This document shows positions 29,606-42,519 of a stretch of 64,000 nt of DNA, in pieces. This DNA comes from the human T2T-CHM13v2.0 reference genome, Homo sapiens. The notes below the pieces were generated by a model. That model was not told where the DNA came from and did not search any database. It saw nothing but the letters and a program-made list of their open reading frames with translations. The stretch lies in NCBI RefSeq assembly GCF_009914755.1, contig NC_060927.1. One strand, 5' to 3'. The position numbers and the translations under genes are program-made. Every line of letters begins with the position of its first letter. Position 1 is the stretch's first letter.

Positions 29606-31782
29606 AATTTACCATCATATAGTAAAATGGCTTAGCCCCTTAAAAATATCAATAAACAAGCATCTTTTAAAAAAAACTATTAACACAACAGTATGTACAT
29701 AAAACAAGCCTATTTAAATAGCAGTAAAATTGAATATAATACTTTGAAAGCGATAAGTTTTTATTTTTCACTTGCAAATACAAATGTTCTTTTAATTTTA
29801 ACTCAGTCCTATTCTCTTAGATATTAAAACTTTAGACATTTATTGGATCCTGTTTTGGAAACTAACATCTAGGGCATAAAGTAGTTTTTGTGGTGCCATA
29901 ATTTGTTAAATAATACTTTGAAAGTGGCTGGGTGCCCAAAGAGTTCATGCAGAAATAAAATGCACTCAAACTGCTTCCAAATGTTTTCCTCTCCACATAT
30001 ATCACATCAGAAGCTGCTGTTTCTCTCACACTGTCACTATATCTAAGAAGCTATAATCATTCACCACCCCTAGTGGAACATTTTAGCAAACTACTCAAAT
30101 TTACATCCAAGCCAATGTTTAAAATTAAATTAAAAGCATGTATGTTAAGTGAACCAATAATCTAATGATACAGGGGTCTGAAATTGCCTTGGAACTAGCT
30201 CTGAAGAATACATTAGGAGGGGCATTTTCAACAGTGAACAACACCTGCTTGCTTTTTATCCCTCACTTTTTCTCTTGACTCTCCTTCAATATTCTTATGG
30301 GACGGGATGTATTTGGGTCCTCATTTTGAACTCAGTTTAATGGCCTTTCAAGGATAGCCTGATGATAAACAGAGTTGAAAATGGTGGCACAGCAAGGGGC
30401 TGGAAGATGTGAATGGAGATATTATTCCAGGCAGTCTCAACATGCCCAGTTTTAATGTGACTAAACAGTCATAAAGTCAGGCTTCTTTGAGTCTGTTTCC
30501 GTTTTCTCCCTATTATCAGGAATGAGTGTTGTCTCATATCAGACTTGAGAATTAGGTGAATATACGCCTCAGTGGCATCCAGCTTACAAAAAGGAATAGC
30601 CTCACTAAAAGTTAGAAGTTACTTGAAACTGTATAATGCCTGCCTCTTTCAAACCCATTTCACACTTATGATCTTATTTGAAAATAGAGCCCAACACACT
30701 GTTATTACTTTGCTTCGAGGCCATAGTTGAGGTGAAATTGGCTGGCTCCTATACAGGAGAGTTAGGCCTGCAGAGAATGAATGCTAAGTCAGTCTCTCCC
30801 CTCATGGAATAGCATCCCTAGCTATGTGCCTCCCTTGTCTTTCATGCTCACATAAGCAGTCCAAATTGCTCCACCCTCAAGATCGTCTCTCTGTCTGTCT
30901 CTTAAATACATAAATGAGAAGGCACATATGCAACCCTGGGATAAATGTTGGGAAGGATATATGTGGCCCATGTCTGGCTGTTTGTATTATTCAGTGTTCA
31001 CCAATCTGTCTGGGAGAGAAAGACTATATGAGATATCAAGAGGGACTTGACAGGTCAGAACATTTTTAGGACTCAAGTGATATTTTCACTATCTTGCATG
31101 AATGTTGTCATTTTACTTTTAGAAGTTTAAAGGAAGTTTAGAAGCAAAACATGGGTACATGTTGTAACTCCCATTTTTAAATGTTACCTTTACAATTAAC
31201 CCCTATATGCAACATGCCATGCCAAGTTCTATTGCACGTATTAAAATGAGAAGCTTCTTCAAATAATTTATTGTAAGATACATGAAAAGAAATACCTATA
31301 CTGCAAGTTAAAAATGTGATAATTTTACACATGATAGAGAGAAAAGAGCCACAGAGAAAGGTCTATTTTGTGCCAGGCACTTTATAAACACTATTTTGTA
31401 TAATTGTCCTCATAACATCAAATTTCCCACACATTACCAAAATGAGAACTGAGGCTCGGGGAGTTTAAGTGACTTGCATAAGGTCATGCAGCAAGCTATG
31501 CACAGCAAAGTTTTGAAGCTGGATCCCTCTGGCTCCACACCTGTGCTCTTCCCATTGCAGCTTTGCTGCCTCCTGAGGGAGCACAGATGAGGGCAAGATG
31601 ATTCCAGCAGCAGACAAATAAAAAGCCTCTTAGAAGAGGTGGCATTTGAGCAGCGTATTTAGAATGAGTCAGGCCAATATGGGGTATTCTTTCTTTGTGC
31701 TAGAAGGAGTGAACAACACATTCAAATAACAATGAATCTTCCTGTATGTTTGCAGGAAAATGTGAAGGATTCTGAAGCTGTT

Positions 31783-32110
<328 letters not shown>

Positions 32111-33039
32111 ATAAAGCCACTCTTATGTCTTGGTTTTATACTCACCGGTAGGGAGATTTTGGAATTTTTTAACTGAAGAGTGACATAATCTAAACTGGGA
32201 GGACTCGGGGAGGCATCCACTGAAGTGTTTACACCATGCACATTTGCAGGTAGAGACATGGAAGGAAATCCCATGTCTTACCTCATGCAAAAAATAGCTA
32301 CCTGGAAAAGTGGACATATCTTGCCACCAACACCCTACCACCAGTACCATTGCATACATGTCATACATTTATCATATGAGAGTGGATATAAAGTCATATT
32401 AGGGCCTTGTTTAGTTTCATTTTCTTTGGCTGCTTTCAATTGTTTCAAGACTGATTGTGTTCCCTGATTATCTACAAAACCAATCAAGTAGTAATTATTA
32501 AATAGTAACATGGAAATTAACCAAATTATCCTGCCATCTCATCCACACCATATAGATGCCATTTTGACCTGAAAAAGCTGGTATCTTAGCCTTAAATGAA
32601 AAATGTTTGATATGTATTAAAACATTTGTTCGTAGATAGTGCTGCCAAGGATGTTATTGTATCTGTGAGTAAAACTAAATCCAGAACATTCTCTTTTAAA
32701 CTTTGTTTATGAGAAAGCGACAATGTGATATAGGTGACAGCAAGACTCACACTAGCAATGAATGGCCAGTCTGGTCTATAGGCAGCTTTGGAAAACTACA
32801 AACAGGCAGATGCAGCCTGCCTCATGACCTCTTTATCTAGTGTGCTAAAAGTGCAGACCTCACTTTAATAATGTGACAGATATACCCACAGTTCATAAAT
32901 ATTAAATACATAGCACACTTTGGCTGCAGAGCTAAATAGATCTAGCTCTCATACATGTTGATAAATGCTGCTTAACAACGCCTTAGCTGACTCCTTGGCA
33001 CCTGAGGTGTAAAATGGTTTTTTAGAAGAACATATAGTT

Positions 33040-33590
<551 letters not shown>

Positions 33591-36419
33591 TATAAAGAAC
33601 ATATAGTTTAAAAGTCTGACCTCAGGGAAAAAACAGCTAGGTAGGAATCTGCCAACCAAGGTAGCCTGTACGGTGGCTAATTGGAAGGACATGTTTTTTC
33701 AAGTTCACTCGACCCTTCCATCACTTCTTAGATAAAAGAACTTTAGAATTTTAAAAGTTTTGGAAATTTAGTCTGCCCCGATCCCTGAACACTGGGTCAT
33801 CATAAGCATATAAAGTGGAAAGTTCTCAATTTCACTGAACATTAATAATTATATATATTTTTGATGCTATTTATACTATTTGAGTGTACATTGTTTTGAA
33901 AGTACTGACATTGAGAAAACTCAATCTGTTATTTTACAAAGTCAAACTACCTTTGTATTGTTCATATAAAGATGATTTTAATTCAACTCAATAAATATTA
34001 CCTTGAGCTCCTACCATGCACAAGATCTGGGACTGAGCATGTCAAGGAGAATAAGACATACACAACTCATTCCTTATGCTTAAGAGTTCACAGCCTAGTG
34101 AGAAAGACGAATGTATAAGCTAAAAGTCACCAGCTGGCAGCCCACAGGCTAAAATCATCCAAGAGATGTATTTTATTTGATATCTGCAGTGTTTTTAAAA
34201 AACATTTGAGTTCATTGCTATTAGTCAGAGCTTTCACCTTTCAGTACAACAGAATCGCTTTGTCATCAACTGGATATAATCACTTATTGCACCCAATGGA
34301 CCCTTCAAGGCATTTGAGTTTGGTACCATGAAATTGTAGACACACAAATATTGCCACTATGATTGACTTCTGCCTGTATTATAATACCTAAAATTATATG
34401 GAAGAACAGAGAAGAGAATAGCAAGTAAGTTCTCTCCAGCTATGTCAAGCACGTTTTGACATGGGAGATGATACCTGCCAAAACCAGAAGGGACTTCCAG
34501 ACAGAGGAAAGATCATGAAGGCATGGAGACATGAAATGGTCTCCATGAAGGAGAAGGAGGAAAATATTTATCCCCATGTATTGAACATTTATTGCCAACC
34601 GCTAATAGGCAGTCCTCATGTGATTCATGATAAACCAATATGTTTATTATTAGCTCCACTTTTCAAATGAGAAAACTGAATGAAAGAGAAGATAAATAAC
34701 TTATCCAAGATTAATCAGTTAGTGAATGGTAGAGTCAGAATTCAAAGTTCTGCCTGACCTCAAACCTAGACATTTTTATTACTAAACATGATGGACGTAT
34801 TAGCAGATTGTAGATTTATTCAGGACACTTTTTCAGTAATTAAGAGTCCAAGTTCCACTGAATATAAGCAGAGGCAAAACCACTGGTCCCAGCCTCCACT
34901 TAGGGAAAATACATGCTTCATTCAGTGTAGCGAATGGAATAAAAATTATGTAAATAGACTTTTAGAGCTTAAAGGAAACTTAGGAAAGTTACAGTCCACG
35001 TTCAGCATTTTGCAGGTGAGAAAATTCAGGCATTTAAAATATTTGCTTTTAAAAAGTCGAAGAACTTCTATTTTAAATACAAATTAAAACCTACCTTTCA
35101 ATATGTCTTAGTCTTAATCAACTCCAAAATATTTTAATTCTCCTTGCTAGTGCTATAGTTTTAAAATATAATTTACAGCAACCATAATTTTGTGATACGC
35201 GTTCTACAAGTCCAAAGTTTTAAAAATAACTCAGGGAAAAAATGAACATTTATTTGTAAAAGCACTAAAGAAATACCTCATAAAAATCTAGCCATGAAAC
35301 TGCACTTTTTGCTTCAATACATTTATTGTGTCCTATTTAACAAGGGGATGAAATATCTATAGGATTCATATTACAGTTACCTGAAGGATTTTTTTAAGTT
35401 AAAAATAAAACAGTAATGGTCATATTATTTTTAATTGTATTTAGTGCTGAACACTGTGGGTTGGGGTTAGTGTGCAGGTAAAGAGGAAAATACTAATTTA
35501 GTTGTAGGGGCATGTCAAGTTACAAGAATTTAGATAATGGACAAAGTTATGTGATTGCATCTTTGGATTAGTTTAGTCAGACTCAGTCCCTGAAAATAAT
35601 ATTGTCATATCAAAAATTATTTGATTTTCTATTTTTGTATTAAAAATGTATGTCATAGGTTAAAAAATAGATGTGGCAATAAATATTTATGGAATAAATT
35701 AAGTCAGTGAATGGATAAAAGCATAAATTAGTAAGTTATTCATGAATAGTTATATTTTCCCATTCTAAGCCAAATTGAAAATTAGCTCCCTTCCAGCTAT
35801 AGAAAGTTGCTCTTGGCCTAGGAAGCAATTGAGCAGGCAGAGTACTTCCTTAGATCCTAGCAAAATATTTGCTTAAGTAATTTGTCACTTTTCATTTGAT
35901 CATTTTTGTATCCACTCACTCAACTTGCATTTATTGAAACCCAGATCTGTGCATCTTCTGGTCACATTAGAGGAGACCACAGCGAACTCCCAGCCATCCC
36001 ACCTCATGCATCACAATGAGGCAGTAATAATCCTTTCTTTACCAAAGTAGGCAGAGCAGCGTAGTCTGCCCAAGACTGCATGTTTTCAGTTAAGGATACG
36101 CGAAATAAAGATCTCCATGGAGTAAAAGATGCATTTTTCCAATGCTTTACATTAAATGTTTCTTATTGTCATTGGTCTTCCTCACTGGTGACATAAACTT
36201 ATTGAATCTCTAGCCTCATCCACCATCACAGAAAACAAAGAAGTATTTGCTCAAACAAAAGAGGTTTATGGTCTTACTTCTGTTAGTGAAGGAAATAATG
36301 TATAATGTTATAAATTACTATAACTAAAAAAAAAAGAGAGAGGCATGTAGGAAACAAAATATGAGTTACACAAGGAATGGAGGGAAATACACAGTCTGAC
36401 AAAGTAAGGATAAATGAAA

Positions 36420-36538
36420 TTAGATAGGAGACAGAAGATAGAAAGATGGTAGGTAGGTCAGTACTTAGATAGATGGATGGATAGATGATGGATGGATGGA
36501 TGGATGGATAGACAGACAGACAGACAGACAGACAGATA
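36420..36538. repeat. Compound (GGAT)n(GACA)n microsatellite
   Basis: Direct reading: gatggatggatggatggata gacagacagacagacagacagacagata. Confidence 0.9.
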
Positions 36539-36742
36539 AGGTTTGAAGTTTCAGGAATGAGCCTTCTTCAGGGAAAGTAGCCCTTGGCATTGCATTAGGT
36601 TCAATAGACTAGTTTATCTTTGCGCTTTGAAGTTATTCTTACTGTAGCTCAGAGGTACCAGAGTTCATCCAAAACCAGTAAGGGAATGGCTACTATGTGC
36701 CAGTTACAGAACTCAATACTGGATACTCAAGTATAAAGAAAG

Positions 36743-37035
36743 GGCAGGGTGTGGTGGCACATGCCTGCAATCCCAGCACTTTGGAAAGCCGAGGTGGGCG
36801 GATCACCTGAGGTCAGGAGTTGGAGACCAGCCTGGCCAACATAGTAAAACCCTGTCTCTACTAAAAATACAAAAATTAGCCGGACATGGCGGCGGGCACC
36901 TGTAATCCCAGCTACTCGGGAGGCTGAGGCAGGAGAATCGCTTGAACCCGGGAGGCAGAATGGCAGAATCCAGTGAGCCAAGATCACCCCTTAGCCTGGG
37001 CAACAGAATGAGACTCCGTCTCAAAAAAAAAAAAA
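36743..37035 (+). mobile_element. Alu (AluSx-like) with a small duplication/deletion in the right arm
   Basis: ggatcacctgaggtcaggagtt; right arm has ggcagaat repeated twice and lacks gccactgcactcc. Confidence 0.93.
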
Positions 37036-38654
37036 GAAACTATCTTACTTCTGAATGCAGACACTCTATTCTCAGCTCTTCAAATTATTGTTCATGTTCC
37101 TATCATTAAATATTTTGGGCCCAAACTCTCCACTGTATAAATACTCATTTGTAAATCATATATATGTTCTGCCTTACTTATTATTGTTTTATGCTTATTA
37201 TAAAACATACAAAATATAAAATAAGGACAAAATAAAAATATTTCAAAATAATATTCACTTTACATATTATTGGTACAAAATTTAACAATTTAGGTCTGAC
37301 TGGAAGTTCATTTTATTTCAATATTTGATTTCACGTAATAATCACACTACAAACAGGCACAACATACATAAAATGCTACATATTTATGGCCAGGTTTGCT
37401 ATGATATGGGTGGAATCTGTACTTTCAATAGTGCTCCTGGTGGTTTTTTGTGGCCTCCTCTTTTTAGATACCATCCTTATTTTCATAATGTGGTTGGTGA
37501 ATAACACATTTTAGGAGTTGAAGAAATTGATTTTCCATATTCTATTTGCTTACTTGGGCCTTTATTATGAATTTTCTAATGAATATCCAAGGTTGGACAC
37601 CACTATGTAAGAAACAACATGGTCTTCTAGGATCACTGTGTTGGGCCAGGTAAAATTAAAGCTTTGCCCTGATTGTTCAAGCCCTTGAAGTAAATTATTT
37701 ACTTCATTCTTACTTTGGCATTTTTCTCACTGTTTTATTACTTAGATAAGTGATCACCAAAATTCTCTGATCACACACATCTAACAATAAAAATGTTTGA
37801 GCAAGTTTTACAGGGGATATTATCAGTATATTTTATTTATAATTTATTTGTATCAACTAGTATGATATTGTATATATTTATAAAAAAATAAACATAGCAA
37901 TTACTAAAGGATGAGGAAAAGCATAAATATAAATGGAATTTTCAGTATTTTCTTTCTACCGCCCATCTTCCATGCACTCTGTTGGTATACCCCCCTGCCC
38001 AATTTTGGAAAACACTAGTATGAAGTAAACTTATTACTGAACAAGGTGTAACAGAAGAGGACCAAACACAGTAACAAGTAATCTTCCTGCACCACGTCAA
38101 ACACATATGTGTGCATGTATTTCAAATTTCCAATTCTAAATTTTCTGTCTTTTATTAAGTCAGTGTATCTATTGTCTACTTATAGATCTTAATGTGTATT
38201 TGCAAAAATGCAACCTAATGAAAACAATTTGAAGAAGTCATATCTCATTTATATTACAGAGATATTATCCTTACTATTAAACTTTTTGCCATCAAAAGTA
38301 AATTATTAACATGTCATCTTCAAAGAAGGGAATCTTTTCTATGAGGAGTTTGTATATGTATGTGGGGGAATCTGCATTAGGAAATTTTATCAATTTATTT
38401 CAATTTTATGCTTAAAGGCTTATTTTTAAAGAAACACTAAGACTGCTAAATAATAGCAATGGTTTATATTTATAATCATTTGCTACATTTAATTCTCATG
38501 AACAGCCCACTAGAGTCAGTTATAATTTTCAATTTACAGATGATGAAATTGAAGCACAGTTTAAGCTCATTGTTAGTCTGTTATCTTTTACACAAATGTT
38601 TTTTGACAATTTGCCTTCAGAGCTGATTTGTTAAGCACATGTGAAAATTTCTTT

Positions 38655-38715
38655 CCTTTTTTATAATTTCAACTTTTATTTTAGATTAAGGAATACATGT
38701 GCGGGTTTGTTACAT
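38655..38715 (-). mobile_element. Short 3' end of an older L1PA/L1PB
   Basis: tttcaacttttattttagatt.agg..tacatgtgc.ggtttgttacat pattern. Confidence 0.65.
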
Positions 38716-38817
38716 ATGCAAATGTTTAATGATCCTTAATTTACAACATAGAGATATTTAAGGGAGATTGCTACAATATCAAATTTAAAAAGATATTTTG
38801 TTTCCCAGAGTTTAAGT

Positions 38818-39057
38818 CAAGCTTGTCCAACCTGTGGCCTGGGAGCCTCATGTGGCCCAGGATGGCTTTGAATGTGACCCAACACAAGTTCCTAAAGTTT
38901 CTTAAAATATTATGAGGTTGTATTGCGATTTTTTCTTTTCTTCTCTTTTTTTTTTTTAGCTCATGATCTCTCGTTAGTGTTAGTGTATTTTATGTGTGGC
39001 CCAAGACAATTCTTCTTCTAATGTGCCCCATAGTAGCCAAAAGATTGGACACCCCTT
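38818..39057. mobile_element. MER30 hAT-Charlie MITE
   Basis: caagcttgtccaacc...tggcccaggatggctttgaatg...gttagtgttagtgtattttatgtgtggcccaagacaattcttctt...gccaaaagattggacacccct; terminal inverted repeats tgtccaa/ttggaca. Confidence 0.88.
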
Positions 39058-42000
39058 GTTACGGATTAAATATATATTTTTTAGGATGATTTGAAAACTG
39101 ATTATGCTGTAGGGGCCAGTTTACTGTAATCAGAATGCTTCCTCAGTTGATCAAGCCAGAAGGAAGCATGCAGGCCATGTCAGCTTCTGCTTTTTTCCCA
39201 CTGTCTCGTTACATGACCTATTAACTAGCAACTTTTTAAGATAATAATAATAATAATTCTTTACTAACGTACAGTATTTCTCAGTGGGTACTACTAGCAT
39301 TTTGAGAAATAATTTTTTTTCAGAGATTATACAACTTATTTCAACAACTTTAGTCTTCCACTCACTAAATACTAGGAATGCCTTTCCTCAGTCCTAATTT
39401 GCGACTCTCCCTACTGGGAAAGTTATCATGAAAGTGGAGAACCACTGCACTAAGGAGAGAATCGAAATCAGAGTTTTAGAATATTGTATGTGAAATGACA
39501 CATTTTGTATCTTGAACTTGTAACGGCTAGAGGAATACTCTTATTACATATAAAATCTAATTTATATTAACAAATACTCCACGGAATGTAACTAAAAACA
39601 AAATATTCGTGGAAGCAGATATTGCTCCTGCTACACATTTTAGATTTCATTTACTTTTTAGCTACAATATCATTGAATAATAAATTCCACAATTAATTGA
39701 AAGAAAACAGACAGACAGAGTTAGCAACTTAAGCAATTGGGAAAGCCAGACTAAAACTAATTTATATCAAACCCCAAAACTTAACACCTAGTGGATGAAG
39801 AAACAAGGAAATTATAACAAAGAATTGCTGTTTCTCCTGAATAAATTGTGAAAGCTTACTTTAGTGTTTCATGCAATCTCTGTTGATATAACTGACCTTA
39901 AGGAGAAAAATGATAAGGCATTACTATCACGTAATATCTCACCTGAATATATATTCATGTACACCAGTCCTTCTATTTTGTTTGTCTGTTTTTTCAGCTG
40001 TGAAAAATGACAGTTCCTTAAGGAAGAGATGCCACAATAGATGAAAGACCTTTTTACCCATGGTAAAGAAACATAGCAGAGACATTATGAATGATGCAGG
40101 AAGCTTAGGAAAATGAAAGCTGCTATTAACTATGACAGGCTGTCACAACAACAAAAACAGTAATCAATGCAATCATAGCAATAAGATAATATTTGTATTA
40201 GTTTCTTTCAAAAAGTTAAAATAATGGGTATCTTTTATGAGTTGACAGTTTGGATAATGTTGGCAAAAACAGGAAAAACTCAGATAAAAATCTCAATGTG
40301 TAACATATTAACATTATCTAGAGTCACTACTTTACATATTTTTGTTTTTCTTCAAATTGCCTTTAATTTCATTTATATCATTTTTTCTTTGCTCTTCATG
40401 ACTATGTTATTATGTTTCTTTATGATCTAATATTCTTGAACTGAGTTTCCTATTACTTGGCTTCAATAAATCCATAATCAGCTAAAATTGCATTATTTTA
40501 GCTTTTCACAGCATATAATAAAATCTGCATTTGTTGTCATTATTTTCCCTATTGTAACAATATCATTACTCTTGCAACTTTAAGTAAGACTGCTGTATAA
40601 ATATATGATCACCCCACTTGGTATTCAATGATGCACCTTCATTACAAGTGTTATCTCAGAAAATGATGAAACATTGCAATGTGGAAAATGCCTTGTGTGG
40701 GAAACATTGCACACAGACACATATTAACTTTGTGTTCAATGATAGATATTCCATGCATTCACAAGGAAGTTTGTTGCACTACTCCTTGTAAGTTACCTCG
40801 GAGTACTTTCTGACTTACCACTTGGCATTCTTGCCCTGTCTCTTAATGTTTAAGGGACTCCAGCTCTTCATGACAGAACCCTACACTAAGGCCCCATAAA
40901 ATCAACAACAAAACTAGTTTATTCACTGTATTTAATTTTTTTTCTAAGCTTTCTTTAATCCAGTGCACACTGTATTGGCCTCACCTGTTAAAATACACAT
41001 TGTAACTTTGCTCTTTCATGAAAACATTTCTAAAGATCTGAGAGATGTGAACTTTTCTTTACCAATAACGTTCTCCATGGAAACAAGATATATATAGTGT
41101 GCCCAGTTCCTTTAATTCTGACCCAAGTTCAAAGAAGCCTCAAATTTTAACTTATTTTTGGTGGAGAATTTGTGTCAAGATACAAAGTGAGGTCTCTTCG
41201 CAAACACAGAACTTGCTAAATCTGAGCATGAAAGGAAAGACCCCAGGATTCAAAATGTGAAGCTATGCAGCCTGAGGCATTTCAGAGTGGCTGAACGAAA
41301 TACAGTCCTTACAATCATCAGTGTAACTTGTTTTGTTTTGTTTTGTTGGTGGGTGGGGGAGGGTTCTAGTGCAATTTTTGCCTTTGATTGGCCGTATCAG
41401 TTACCAGTGATGCCCATTCACTAATACTGCAAGTGTATTAAATTTTCATCTGAGTGAGTTTAGGATCTTAAAGTTATTAAGACACCAAATTATGATGTTA
41501 CTATTCCAAAGTGCAGAGTTTCTAACTCATATTCAGAGGATAGCAATCTCCCAAATAAGAATGTATTCGTGATTTATTTTTATTCTAGTGTGGGAAGAGT
41601 TTGTCCTGGTAGTCTACCAACCACGTGGCAGTGACTCCCCTCCTTAGGTCTCAGTTTGTTGGTCTAAAATGAGTGGTTTTAACTAGATGATCTCTACACT
41701 GTTATTTCGTTCTGACACTCTTTTATTCTATGATTCATTATATAATTTTATGGATAAATTTCCAAGCCACTTACTTTTTCTTTACAATATCCTTCTTAAA
41801 AATGAAAAAGCATGTGGTTTTACCTTTGCAAACTCTCATGTCTTGTCCCTAATGGAAAAGTATAACAAATTAATAATTGTGTACATCAATTTTCTTGTCC
41901 CTGTTGCAAAAATATGTAATTACTGCATGATGTAAAAGTTTTCCTTATTTTAAGCACTAATAGAGATAGACCTAAAGTAAAGTACTGCTCCTGTTGTTAT

Positions 42001-42393
42001 AGCATATATCAGATCTTATCGTGGCTATTTTCTGCATGCCTGTAACTCATGTAGGCATGAATTCTGCAAATAAACAACATCAATGACTAGCATTTATATC
42101 CATTTTATTATTCCATGCACAGCTTTATGTTCTAAATGTAGGTTTGGAAATTGTATCTAGCACTCTGATGCTTCTAACCCTCTTTAATTGTAACTAGTTG
42201 AGTAGCTTTCTTTTCAAGAAACTAAGTTGATTTTATAAATTTATGGAGTAAAAAATGCATTCCATCCCTTTAATTTTATAACTTCTTCGTAAAATTTGAT
42301 GTCTTTGTTGATTTTAGGTTTTATTCCATGTAAATGATCAATGCTTTTCCATAAAGAAGACTTTGATTAATGTCAATTTTTATCTCTTAAAAG

Positions 42394-42519
42394 GATCCTT
42401 CCCGGCCATTGGGGTGGAGGCGTTTTGCCCCAGCTTCCTGAGGGCAGGGTTTTTAAATAGCATCCAGGCCCCGCATCCAGTGCCAGGGGGAGGATCTTTG
42501 CCCCCCAGGATTCCTGCTG
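42394..42519 (+). CDS. EPHA6: EPHA6 internal coding exon (126 nt, phase 1-1) encoding the kinase-domain insert (R)SFPAIGVEAFCPSFLRAGFLNSIQAPHPVPGGGSLPPRIPA(G)
   Basis: Acceptor ttttatctcttaaaag| at 42393, donor |gtaggt at 42520; open frame that joins in phase to the exon at 60567; peptide recognised as the EPHA6/Ehk-2 insert; GC-rich island in AT-rich intron. Confidence 0.95.

Noticed and set aside
41348-41364. G-rich run as a G-quadruplex (also 51481-51496)
   Set aside because: Does not have four separate GGG tracts; too marginal to call.
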